Made by a program: the position numbers and the translations under genes
From: Podarcis vaucheri
Lineage: Eukaryota
Strand: one strand, 5' to 3'
Length of the DNA: 64,000 nt
Assembly: GCA_965113315.1 (NCBI GenBank)
Contig: OZ220370.1
The notes under the pieces: model-generated
Databases searched by the model: none
What the model saw: the letters and a program-made list of their open reading frames with translations, nothing else
What the model was told of the DNA's origin: nothing
In this document: positions 50,334-63,476 of the stretch, in pieces
How positions within the stretch are numbered: the stretch's first letter is position 1
Layout of the letters: each line of letters starts with the position of its first letter

Positions 50334-50941
50334 TAAATCACTGTCCTGAGTTTGTAGTCCAGGGAGCGTGGCTTTAAAAAAATAGGTTACTGTGTCTATA
50401 CATTCACTGGATTTGCTGCTTTCTTTAGCTCCCCCCACCAAAGGCTCTGGAGATCACATCTCTGCCAAGCGACTGATGCCTAGCCAAATGCTTCCAAATG
50501 TATTTGAGTTGCAGCTATTCTGCAGTAACTACAAGCAGATGCATTTGTCTAATAAAACAGTCTGTAATGTTGGGATGTTGTTTTTTTCAAAGGAAAGCTA
50601 TTTTTGTTGCGCAGTTTTAGCCCAACGTAACGCCAGTACTGAATAGTGGATGTGAACAGCCATTCAGTCCATGGTGTGAGAATAGGGTCTGTATTTTTAT
50701 CTTTTAAGGCCATGGGGTTAATCTATTAGTTTCAAATGAAACTGCATTGAAATATTGACAATGCTGATTAAAATGCAGCTGTTTATATTTGACTCAGCTA
50801 CAAACGCAGATCAATTTTTTATTTTCACCTTATCCTTCAAAAAAATGTGAGGGTGCTGTGAGCTACCCTTCTATGTGCAGGGAGGTTTTGGCAGCGGAGC
50901 ATTCAAAAAACAAATAAACAATAATGGTTGTTTCCCCCATA

Positions 50942-51175
50942 CAGTGGTACCTCGGGTTAAGTACTTAATTCGTTCCGGAGGTCCGTTCTTAACCTGAAAC
51001 TGTTCTTAACCTGAAGCACCACTTTAGCTAATGGGGCCTCCTGCTGCTGCCAGAGCACGATTTCTGTTCTCATACTGAAGCAAAGTTCTTAACCCGAGGT
51101 ACTATTTCTGGGTTAGCGGAGTCCGTAACCTGAAGCGTCTGTAACCTGAAGCGTATGTAACCCGAGGTACCACTG
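50942..51175 (-). mobile_element. Tc1/mariner (Tigger-like) MITE, inverted copy of 6465-6706
   Basis: TIR CAGTGGTACCTCGGGTTA ... TAACCCGAGGTACCACTG with TA TSD. Confidence 0.9.
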
Positions 51176-54100
51176 TATTTTGAAAATACAAAAATATGAA
51201 GTGGCTGCTACATTTTATATTTACAAAATATGGGGGGAGGGCAGCTATGGTTGTTTTCTTGTCCCAGTAGCTGTTGGTGCAACCTGAAATCTGTTTTGCA
51301 CCCAACGGAGACTAATCTAAACATTCCCTGCACTCAAAAGTAGCATTTTAGTTTATCCTAAGAAAACTAACGTACTATGGATGATATCCAGCTAAGACAG
51401 GGTAGATCCATTAAAATCAATAGACCTAGTTAATCCACTGATTTCGCTGAGTCTAATCTGAGAATGACTAATGTTGGCTATCACCCTTTCCTTACAAGCG
51501 TTGTGCAGGATCCCATCATCTTCTAAGCCAGTGTTTGTCACACGGTGGCCCTTGGGCCGCTTTCAGGGGGCCTCATTGCCACAGTCTGCCCTGGCCCCTA
51601 GCCATGCCACAGCCTTTGGGCTGGACCAACACCTCCATTTGTGCTGAGTAAAGGTAACCAAGAAATTGGAGAGGGGGAGCAGGGAGGAGAGGAGGTTTCC
51701 TTCCTCTGAAGGGAAAAGGCTAGAGGAGGTGTTGAATGAAATTAGAAAGCAAGATAACTGGGAATAGAAAGGAGGAAAAAGGAAAGAAGCTGGCAAGGGA
51801 AGAGGGGAGAGTTAAGTTGCAAGTTGTCTGTGAAAGGAGAATGGGGAGATGAAATTAGAGGAGATGGCTGGGAAGGAAAATATATAAAAGCAAAGCCTTC
51901 TCCACCTAGAACCTCTGGACCAGCAAATTCTACCTAAAATGGGGAGGTTGAGTCATAATACCTCCAGTGTCAGTCCTTAGCCTGAGTAGAGCTGAGTTTT
52001 GAAGCATCTTGCCACAAGGAAAGGGCTTTGGTAAAGAATCTAGCAGTTTCCAAAGATGGATAAGATATCAGTAGAAAATATCAGTCTCTACCTTCATCTG
52101 CCACCACATTGTGACTGGCTCTGCCTGTACTGCCATTTTGTGACTGGTGGGCCTCAGTAATTTTCAGCCATCTCAAGGGGGTCCTGGGCACAAAAAGTTT
52201 GAGAAGCCTTGTTCTAAACACTTTCTATGGTCACTTGGAAAAACTGTGCTTAACTACAGAGACTGGGGTGACATCCATCATTAGCCATATTCTGAGGTCA
52301 TTCATAGATTGCATGTTTAATGAAGCACAATGGAATGGTCAATCCATGTTTCTCTTTTTAGTAAGTCTCGTCCTCATCCATTAGCATGGTAGTTGAGAGA
52401 GAGAGAGAGCTCTGTGAGAAACTATTATTTGCAAAGGTTCTGAAGAGCTTCGGAATCTCTTCAATTAGTTTTAAAAACGAGTTCTTTTGAAGCATCAAAG
52501 AGAAACCCTCTGGGTCCATATCCTAGGGCAGGCAGATAGGGAAGTACAGCACAGATTAGAATTAAAGCACTGTAGAAAATTAGAAATTCCAAAGGGCCTA
52601 ATTTTTACATCCTGAGTAGATATTTTAGAGATAGATAGATTATTTATTTGGTTGGTTAAAGAAAAAAAGAACTTTAAGAGGATGTAAGCAGATGAGCTAA
52701 GATTGCATGGGGCAGATGGGAGCGAACCTGGCTTCTGTGCACATTGGAGACTTGCATTCTGTGATAAAAGGAAACTGCCTTGTGGAATGTTGTTGCATGG
52801 ATTTTTAGACACCACCTGTCTGCAGGCCCCAGCAGGTCTCCCTGAACTGAACTGTCTGCTGTTAAATAAAGGTCCGAGCATTTGTGGTGGTCAAAGCTCA
52901 GGCAACAGACATAAGTGTCCATAGCGCCAGTGATAAGCCCTTGAGCTCTCTGGGCAGGTTCTGTTTCGGAAACAAGCAGAGACACAAGCTCATTTATTTT
53001 TGCCTGTTCTAAGATTTGCTTTCCTAGCCTCCTGTTGGCCATAAGAGGTGAGACACAAAAATTCAGGTCAATGTGAGCATGAAATAAATCAGAGTCTACC
53101 TGGGAGGAGGAGGAGAGGAGGAGGAGGAAGACTTCTTAACCCTTTCATCTGCTCTAAATCGCTTCCCTAGTCTTCTGCTCCACAGCTTCTCAGGCTGTTT
53201 CTCCCCACAGGGAGCCACAGGAGGAAGAGAGGCCACGACTTGCTTCCAATAGGCGAGGAAGGCAGCTTGAGTAAAGGATTAGACAGTCCCTTTCCCCTTG
53301 GGACCCTGCCTGTGGTCCTCTCAAGATTTTAGCCTCTCACAGGTGCTTTCCCTTCAAATCAAACTGTTGTATGAAAAAAGATCTGCAACTGTAGGAGTAT
53401 AGAAAGCAGTCAGCGTAAAAACCAGAACAAGAAGCTAAGGCGCTGCAAACAAGAAAACAAAAGAAAGTTAAGTTTTCAAGGTGCCCCATAAAAGTTTATT
53501 GTGGTGATTGATTCTCAGCACATTTCTGAAAAAGTTTGCATATTTTTAGGGGCATTTATTTTTGTTGGAACACTGGTGAAACATAATGTTGAGGCCAAAT
53601 GCAGCTTATTAGAAAGCTGGAGTGTATATGTGCATCATATGCATATAAGATACAATAATTGCTAATATTTTTAAGCAGAACTGTGGGGGAAGCTGGTTTC
53701 CCATTGAGATTAAGGAGGGAAACAAGAATTTTTTTGGGGGGGGGACCTGTGCATATTGAAAATCAAGACTCCATCCATACCCAAGGTCCACCAACTGAAG
53801 CCAGGCACAACAGGGATTTACGGAAAGGAGCTAAATAGAATTAAGAAATAGAGCCTCTCTTAGTCATCTCAGGAGTATTATTATTTTTTTCGTACCAGAA
53901 CTGAGCTCACAGTTCTGTCACAGAAAAATCTACTCTGGGTCCTGCCCTCTGCCTAAACATTCTTCCCCTTCGCAGCCAAATTGAGAAAGAAAACAACAGC
54001 TGCTTATTAAACAATTGGGAGTCAGGAACCCTCCCCAGACAATCTACTGCAAATAACCCAGAGGTCTGCCAGTAGATCTTGACATACCTTCTGCCCACCT

Positions 54101-55755
54101 CAGAGCTAGAGCAAGGCTAGGCAGAAGGCGAATGGTGAGTGACTGGCAGAGTTACTGCAGACCCTCTGTTGCCTGGTAGTTGCTGGACTTACGTGGGTCT
54201 TGATCTGGTACAGGAAAGCACTTCTCACGTTCTTAAGCAAGAGGGCATAGAGGGGTTCAATCATGCGATTGACACAGACTGATCACTCAATATTTTTTAA
54301 CAGTTAAAGTATATGTGCTCTCTTTCTTTATAAATTTAATCTTCTGTGTGGGGCAACTGACGTTTGACTTAATAAATAAATTAACCAAAGACCATACAAA
54401 ACTAGAGTCTGCCATTCCATGCACTTGGATGTTATTCTGGCAGCCGGCTGCTATTCTTCATTTGAGGAGCCTGCTGTGCATAATAATCAAAGCCCATCTC
54501 ATGCCAGAGGGCAGAAAAGCTTTACCAGGGCAGCTCTATTGGATGGTCTTTTCTCATTCGAGTTCCTCGGTCAAATTACAGCACAGAAGTGGGTTGGTAG
54601 GTCACTAAGAAGAGATAAGGCAGCGGAGAAGACAGATTGTCCTTTCCCGTTTTAAAAACACAACATGTTTAGGGGTATGTGTACCCCTGCATCCCCCCCA
54701 GAAAAAAGCACTATTTTAATCCCATTATTAAAAACCCATTCATAACTGCTAACTCCGGGCCAGAATGTCTCTCCTCTAGCCAAAATCAAAATAGTTAAGT
54801 CCATTGGCACAATTTTAATACCTCTTCCTGTTCCTCCTTGCTCTATTGTTGCTACACATTCAGTAGTTTCATAGCTTCTTCATATTTTGGGAAGTCAGAT
54901 GAAAAGGAAACTCCAGAAATAAGCATGGCACAAAGAAGTCCATAGAAGGGTATACAGGCAAATGTATTCATCATCAACAAAAGCTGAGTTTCAGGCCACA
55001 GATGGCTCATCTTCAGTGAATCTAAAATAAGTAGAAGCATTTGTATTTTATAAAATACAAATATGTCATTGTTTACTGTAAAAGGAGTGTTTATCTCTCA
55101 TTAAAGCCAACTGTTAAAAAATGGAAAACTTAAGTCTGTAGTGCAAAAATTACAGGGACACACCCCTAACCCACACGCCTGCACACACGCACCACTGCTG
55201 CAGTAACACAGCCGATTGCAATGCAAGGCATACAAATGAGAGGTCACAGAAGACACACAACACAGCACCCATGTGGCTCCCTGGCCATGCGGTTCCCTGC
55301 AAAAAGCACACAGCCTTTTTGGGATGAGGATTTAACACCCACCTTTTTGCCAAGCAGCCCAGGCATGCAACAAGGGCATAGTAAGATTGCTCCTAAGAGC
55401 TCTGAGTGTGCTAGCAAGCCTCTATTTGTTCTTGCCTAGAGTTTTCCCTTCCTCTCCTCTGGGCTTCAGGGAAAAGCAGGGATTTATTTTTGCCGGACTG
55501 CAGGATGCCACTTCTTCAAACCAGAGCTTTCTGCCTTATCACTCCCAAGCCTTGTGCACATGCCAAAGAGCTTGCTGTTCATAAGAATTCTGGGGGTGGG
55601 GAGGTGGGCTGAGTGCATCTTCCCTAGATGATGTGTAGTCGAGACCCTAAATTATACATTTACATCTAGCAACGACTATGCTAAGAATTCGCCCTTCTGA
55701 CTTTTCTCCCCCTTCCAATCTCCTTCTCTCAATCCCCCTCTCTGTGGTGGTGTAG

Positions 55756-56012
55756 AAGCCGCTGCTGCCGCCGCTGCAAATCCTGATGGGAATTCTACTC
55801 TGGGAGGAGGAGCAACAGCAGCAGGCACAATGGGCCTCAGCACCAGGTATGGCCCCCAGTTCACCCTGCAGCACGTCCCTGACTACAGACAGAACGTGTA
55901 CATCCCTGGCAGCACAGCCACTCTCTCCAATTCTGCAGCCAAGCGGGATGGGAAGCCTGCAGCCTCCGGAGGTGGAAACAAGAAGAAGTCAGGGAAGAAG
56001 GAGAAGAAGTAA
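55756..56012 (+). CDS. PCDHG: PCDHG constant exon 3, coding part (E)[15 protein letters not shown]...[11 protein letters not shown]
   Basis: TGTAG acceptor after a pyrimidine tract. Conserved [28 protein letters not shown] and Lys-rich C-terminus. TAA at 56010-56012. Confidence 0.95.
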
Positions 56013-58661
56013 GATTCGCAGGATGACACATCGCTGCCACCTTAGATCTAAAGGGCAGACTCTTCCAGCATTCCCCCAATTCATAGCCTAGGATGGAGGA
56101 TGAATGTGAATTTGTGGTTAACCATTTTTAAAAAAATAAAAAAGTGTGGAACATGGCGAATGTACATTGCTGTCATCAGAGCTAGGAGAAAGTCTCCTAC
56201 TGTTAGTCCTCCTGATGTAAAAGTATCTGGAAACAAAACAAAACAAAAAAAGCCCTGTGGATAGTGATGAATTATAGCTTATACTCTCATGCGGATGATC
56301 TAATATGCAAGGGTGTCAGATCTTTGGAATATTTTTCTCTCCCATTGCTTTGCTCCAGAGGGATCTGCACAACATACAAGGCTTGGGGTGGGCCCTGTCC
56401 ATTGTAAATAATTCTTCTAAACAGGGGTTTTGATTTATACATTTTTCCATTTAAAGAACATTCTCACTTCCCCCAAATTTTGATGAATGCTTTCTGTCCC
56501 CACAAAAATATCTCGGTTGGAATCCTTGTTATGAAATTGATGAGGGGATGCTTTAGTTTCTGCTTTTTTATTTTAAAACAGTGTCCATCCTGCGTTATTA
56601 GAAGGGAATGAGTTTCAACAGCATTTTTAAAAGTTAACCAATGATGGTTGAAAAAATAAAACTGAAATGGTTATACCTAAGAGGCAAGGCGCACAAACAC
56701 ATTGCTATGGGAAGCCTCCCAGAGGCAGAGAATGCCTCACATGGCAGGAAGATGGAGAATTTTGCCTGTGTTGATTGATTTACAGTGGCCTCTGAAGAGA
56801 CAACACATCTCATCTACACTTTGATCCATAAATATTTATGTGTACAGTAATTGTTTTCTGGAATAAGTTTAAGGAAGTCGAAGTCAATCGCTTGTGAGTA
56901 TAGTGAGCTGCCGCTCCTCCTTTAAGCACTGAAATAGCTCTGTTAGTTCCACAGGCAGACGCCTTCTGTCAGTGAATGGGCTCTGGTGGCCTTGTAGGTA
57001 GAGAATTAAAACAAAAATGGAATGCTTCATATTTTCTGCACATCAAGCTGCATGCAAAACATTCACTTCACATCTACGGTAGGCCAGCTGCCGCCTCCCA
57101 ACCTAGAATAGAGAAGTCATTGCATGCCATATACAGCATGATGTAAATATGCTGTGAAGTGCCCACATCCTGGTGGAACCTGAGCATTGTCTGTCTGTGA
57201 GTAGAGTTCAGTAACAAGATGCATTGCCCTGGATCAGAGCAGTAGGAAAGTTTCCACACGCCTAGGCAAGCACAGCTAAGGAAGGCCCTTGATTTGCTGG
57301 CCTTCTTCACGTGCTGATATTAAGCGGACAACAATTGGTCTGAGGACGCATGGGGCCAGGCACAGATCAGGGATGCCGGAGCTGGAGCTGGGCAGGGATT
57401 TCTGATACCAAGCCCCCAAGGCCAAGTTCTGAACGTTAGAGAAGTGAGTAACCATTGGTGCACTGAAGGTCCTTGGGACCTCTGCTATCACCCCCACTTG
57501 GATATAAATCCACTGGATTTAAAGTGAATAGTCATAAATCCCTTCGCTGTGTTTCGAAATGACTTGTTTTAGGGTTTTTAGCCACATTGTTTCATAGCCT
57601 AGTATGGAGAGGAAGTGAGCGTTTCCTGCTCCCTGTGCATTTTATCGGCCTGTGTTCTCATCTCTTTCCTCGCTCAAGCGCAGCACAGACTAGCAGGGAG
57701 CTTCGGCCTGCTGCTGGCAAACTCAGGTTGCCTTTCTATAGAGGCACTGACCAGCCGAGGGCAGAGAAGCAGCATATTTCCAACATGGAGGGCTAATCAC
57801 TAGGCCAGAAATATATTACTCTTTCTTAAACCTTTGATAAGGAGCTTGTCTGAGATGGTCTGGCCTTCTATGATCACCTCAGGTTAAACATCTGACGACT
57901 TTTCAAAACATTGCGGACCACTCTCATTGGCTGTGTAGTATTGCACTGCTAGAGCGTATCTGCTGCCTCCTGTGTGTCTAGAAAGCGGGGTTTGTCTGTG
58001 GGAAGAAACTTCAGTCGACGTATGGTTTTTGTACTGATCCCAGTCACCCACCCACCCCTTGTGTTTGGTGACTGCACTAGAAACAGTTTACATAGTTAGT
58101 TAAAACAGAGCGCAATCCGTTGGGAAGTTCTCCTGCACAAGCTCGGCTGGAATCATCAGAAGCCACACAAGCGCATGGCAGTTCTGTCCTGCAGCCTCTC
58201 TCCATCTTAACGGGGCTGATGCAGGTGAGCTTCCCCACAGGATTGGGCCTGGGGCTTATTATGTACTGAAGTAGTTATTATGTGACTCTTCTCAAAGTAC
58301 TGTAGATTAATCTTAGTCATTCTCTTTTTCCTTTTAATCAATAAGCTGAAAGTAGTGTAGTAGTGCTGAAAACCTAGTGATGTGTAGGTTTCTTACTTCT
58401 TTTTTAATCTTAGTAATTGAGTTGTGGACATCAGTATTTTTTTTATTCCTTTGTATCTTCTTTACGTGTGCTCTTTGTGCTTTTAAATGTATGTGAATTG
58501 AAACACACTTACTGTCCTTTCAATGTGTCTAATATTGAACTATACTTATATATTATATATATGCTTATATCCTTCTTATATCCATATAGACTGACGTCAA
58601 TGTGTTACACGCAAGTTTTATACTCTAATATTTATATTGCTCTTTTTTCTTTGGGGAAAAT

Positions 58662-58667
58662 AATAAA
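58662..58667 (+). terminator. Probable polyadenylation signal of PCDHG transcripts (3'UTR about 2.6 kb)
   Basis: AATAAA preceded by an AU-rich block and followed by a GU-rich TTTGTTGTG element about 20 nt downstream. Confidence 0.65.
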
Positions 58668-59869
58668 ATCTTTTCTGCTGATGCGTTTGTTGTGATTGCT
58701 TCTGAAGGACGAAAAGGAGGGGAGAGCAAGATTATGGGAGTGCTAGACTGGAAACCCCACCCCCAAAGTATTGAAGGCAATGTGGCAAAGGCAACAAGGC
58801 CATACTTCTTTCCAGCAGCGCCTCTGGTAGACAGGTTTTGCTGGCTTTTGCAGCGTTCCGAATCTTTCAAACATGGAAACCTATTTTCTTTACCAAGAAA
58901 CTGCTGCTGCTAACAGATGAGAACTTGCCTCTGGGAGGGAGAGAGCAATGGGCACCTGGTTTAACCTATACATTAGCCATTGGGAGTGGAACCCATTCTG
59001 ACTGGACCATCTGCCCTTTTCACCGGCTCGTTTGCATTTGTGCTCTGAATAATAGATAAATAGGGCACACCTGCAGCACTGCCTCCTCAGCTATCAGTGA
59101 TCCTGATCTGTTTCCACAGAAAACAAGAAAGCCTGGCTTAAGCCTATGGTAAACAATTCATGGACAATGTAAAGCAGGTGTAAATAATGCAGAGAGATGT
59201 GTCATATGCCCACTAGGGATGACTGGCATGATGCCACCCCAGTGGTAAGGGCAAGGGGAAAAGAGAATGGCACAAGAACCCGGCCCCTTGGGAAATAGGG
59301 AACTTCCCTAGTCCCTGTGAAGGGATTTGTTGCAGGTTTTACGACCCAGCTTTCTTCATTTCCTGTCTTGGGTGCTTTTCCAATTAGTGCCACCATATTG
59401 ATTCTCTTTAGAACCTCCTTGTGGTATTCATGGGGCTACAGAGAACATGAACACCTTGTCCAAGGATGAATTGGGATAGACAATGTGACTAAACCAATCT
59501 CACTCCAACAAACAGGGATGGAAGGGATGCATGTCTGTGTGCAAGAAAGATGACAGAAAAGGAAATGAAGCCCCCTCTAGAAATACCACGCTGAGCCTTA
59601 GGCCTAGCCCTCAATTAGGCAGGAGGTGCTTGGTGTGTACCAATTAAGAGGGCGGGTGAAGATTCACATGATTGACTGCTTCTCTATATTGCAAGGAAGG
59701 GGGAACTTTCCATTAAAAAAAATATAATGGCTGGGAGAAGATTCTAGTGTAGCTTCGTCATAAAACCGGCCAGTTTTATTTGTTACGGACATTGTAGAAG
59801 CATTCCTGAATGCCCTTAGCTACATTCTGAGGTGGTACAGTGCAGGCATAAATTTACCTCAGCAGAAAT

Positions 59870-60025
59870 GTTTGCTTGTTTTGAACACTTATATCCTGCC
59901 TTTCCGCCACTGAGTTGAAGGAGGCATACATCCCCATAACAACTCTGTGAGGTACATTAAGTGGGAAGAGTGACTGGCCCAAGGTCCACCCAGTGGGGAC
60001 ATGAACCCGGGTCTCTCCAGTCCTG
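59870..60025 (-). mobile_element. Degenerate tRNA-derived (MIR/Squam3-like) SINE
   Basis: ACAACTCTGTGAGGTA...GACTGGCCCAAGGTC...GAACCCGGGTCTC, the usual minus-strand layout of CORE-type SINEs. Confidence 0.55.
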
Positions 60026-62449
60026 CAACATTATAGCAGGACTTCCTTTCTTGGACAGCTTTCATTTTTGGTCAGAGTGCTGGGTTGCTTGGAACTAGCC
60101 TGTCAAACTTGGTGGACTGCGTGGGAGGAGAAGGAAGGTGATCCATCTAGGCAAAGCCTGCGCTTCTTTCTAAGAAATAAGACTGTCAACTTACGTTTCT
60201 TTGACTTACCCTGTTCCTGTGCCTCACACATAGACACTAAGCAGCCAAGGTCTTTCCTGACATGGAAATAAGGTCCTGAGAAAAGTGTCACCTACTAAAC
60301 TTCCCTTTGCCAGCTTCTGTAAAGAGAACTGCAGGAGCAGGACGCATTGTTCACAAGGGAGGATAGCCCAAAATACTGAGGCAAGGAAGCCTAAGAGGGT
60401 AGGAAGGGGGAGTTTGGTACAGAACAGCCAGAGCTTAAATATAGATAGTATGGCCTACTGGGTCTAAAATTATTTCACTGTAAACTTAGTCATAACTACT
60501 TGCATCCTATGCATATTTACAGTGTTATGCACATTTAACTTGGAGTAAGTTCAACTGAATTCAATAGGACTTAATACTGAACAAACGTAGGGTTGTGCTG
60601 TCAGTCAATTAAGCAAATGATTAAATTTGCATGAGAGTGAAACCAGTATTTCCACAACCAAAACTGCATTAATAGGTTTTGGGTGATGTGTGCCAGGCAT
60701 TGCCGGCTTTGAGGAAGCATTCCCACTGTTGTTTGAGGGCAATTGTTGTTTGAGGGCAACGTGATGTGGACTTTGCAAATGAAATGGGAACACACCCTAC
60801 ACTCTGGTGAGCATAAACCCCATGTCTATTCCCGCAGTTCCTTTACATGAGAAGCTTCCGAAATGCACAGTACTGAATTTTTCCTCGCCTTGTTGCTGGC
60901 TAGAGCCATCCTGGGCAATCTGCAGATGTCAGGAGTGCTACAGGAGGGGGGGCTTGGACCTAAAAGAAGTGGGAGGGGCCTGTGGGCTAATTACGGTAAA
61001 GACTCAGGTCAGACGTCACACAAAACCACAACTCTGAGATTCTCAATGTACAATCAGCTAATCATGGGGTGGAGAGCATCCAGCCCACAGACCAAATTTA
61101 GGTCTAAACTTCAGATCTTTTCGTTTTTGCTTTGTTTACTTGGCCACTAAATGCTGAGGCCCCCAGGTGTAGAAGCAGTTTGTCAATTTAGACACCATGC
61201 TAGGCCAACCATGATTATTTATATTTGCAATATTTTAAGCTACATATATATATAAAACAGTTGGCTAACAGCATCTGTGTTTTTTTTTTAAAAAAGAAAC
61301 ATTGGTTTTTTTAAAAAAAGTCTAAAACAGCAGCACCTAATCATGGCCAGGGGGGGAGGTATTAATGATCCACTGAAAGACAAGCAGCAACAGGACGAGA
61401 AAAGCTTCTCTGGGCTTGGTGCCTCCCTGCCGTCACAGAAGACGTCACCATGCCAGCCTGTAGTACTTCTGGTGGTAGCGGAAGTACATGAAGCAGAGGC
61501 CTCCAAGAATATCTTCAGGATCAGGCAGTTCCATAATAGTGTCTGCAAACCCATTTCACAGTATGGCTTCTGATTCTGTTCTACAAACTGATCTTCAATC
61601 ACTGTGAGTCTGGATATTGCAAAGGCCTCCCTTGGCCTCTGGTCCATAAGCAATGGAATTTTTGCATCTGTGGAAGGTTTATACATATGAAATTGGCATG
61701 CCCGATAACTAAGCCATCTAGCATAGATAGCTTTTTGCTATGGCAAAGCTCCACTAAGATGGCAGCAGTTCTGTCTTTATTTTTCAGTACCAACCTCAAC
61801 CACATAGAAAGAGCTCAGTGGTGGTGAGTAGGAAACCCCCTCCCTTTTGTGTTAATTGTTCTATATTTACTTATTTGGTCCATTTATTATCTACATAACA
61901 ACAAAAATCAGCACAGATAATTAAAAATACATACAAACGCTTCCTGCTAAGTGCTGCCTTTACTCAGCGGAAGCCCATCCCGTTTTGCTGCCTGAGGCAA
62001 AATTGGGAAAGTGACCCCCTGTGCAGTGTGTGCCCACCCCTTGCCACCCCTGCTGAAGCCTTGCTTCCTGGGGTCACGCGGCAGCAGTGGCAGGTTCCAA
62101 GTTCTGGTGACATCTTGCACCACCTTTGCAAGGTCCTGGAAGCCACTGCCATTTGTCCCCACTTCTTTGACGTCAGTGGCTGCGTCCCTTGGATTTTGCT
62201 GTCTAAGGTAGCTGTCTGAGTCTGCCCCACAGACCGCCAGGTCTTTACTCCTAGTTTGGTCCTTTATCAAGCTAGTCCTAAAGAAGCGGGGGAGGGGAAC
62301 TGCCTATCAGCACCATCTTAATTCATAAAATGTCAGACATGCACCAGGTGCTAGCTTCCCTGCAGGCCTCCAGCCTCCCTCCACCATTTGCTCAAACTAT
62401 TTCCCCCCACCCCCACCCTCCAAAAACCCCCAGCAGGCTAAGCTCCTGG

Positions 62450-63445
62450 GCGGCTGGTTCCCTTCGCTCCTGCCTAGCGCCTTTCAGCAGAAGGCCTTTG
62501 CTTAGGACAGTCCAAAAGGGGGCAGGGAGCATAATGGGGGGGGGCGAAAGAGAAGACCCCGCCCCTCGCCCCTTCCAAGAATGCCGTTTGCCGACAGCAA
62601 CAAAGGAAGCAAAAGGAAAACAGGTAAGATTAATGGTGGGGGCGGAGTGAAGAGCACAAGAAGCCAGAGGTGCCAACTTGAATAACATATTGGGGGGAGG
62701 CATAATTCCTCACTCTCCCTCTGTCCGCACGCTTCCTCGAGGCTCAGCCCCCAGAAGGCTCGCTGGGTGCGGAGCGAGGGCACCCCAGGGTGCCGCGTCG
62801 GGGCAGAGGAAAGCCGCCAGGCATCTCGCGTCGCCAGGGAGAGATCTCAAGCCGGAGTCCCTTGCAGCCTCCTCGCGAGGAGAGGTGCGCGAGAGAGAGA
62901 GAGGGGCCCCGGGATACGACGCTCCTCTCCCAGGGCGGTCTGCGCCTCGGGCGCCGAAGGAGGTGTCCGGGTGTGCGGAGGAGGGGCGGGCGCGAGAGAA
63001 GTCCGGGCAGCCGAGAGAAGGAAGAGGGGGCGGCAAGAGGGAGGACGCGCACTCTTCTTCCTCTTCTTCTTGCAAGCCCCTGTTGCCATAGTGACGAGGT
63101 CTTCCTCGGGCTCTGGCGCCGATGCGGGAGTCGGCCGCCTCGAGGGGCGCGCGGGCTGAGCGCTGCCTGCTGGAGCCCCCGAGCAGGAGGCAACCCGGAA
63201 AGGAGGGGGCGAAACGCCGCTCCCCCCCCCCCCGAGAATTGACCCAAACAGGCGCCTCGCCGCCGTCGGCGCGGCTTTTTCTCCCCGCCAGCGCACAGCG
63301 ATGTGATCTTGGCTGTTCTATAATAAATGCGCCGTTTCCGAAGGGCGACTTGTCTTATCTGCTTATGAACATTAAATAATATTGGGGTTCGGGCAAGGGA
63401 AGCTGATGTGAGAGGGCGGTGGTGAGAACTCACACCTCGGCTCTG

Positions 63446-63476
<31 letters not shown>

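Noticed and set aside
61288-61686. 132-aa minus-strand ORF as a DIAPH1 or other coding exon
   Set aside because: No similarity to formin FH2/DAD or any family I recognise.
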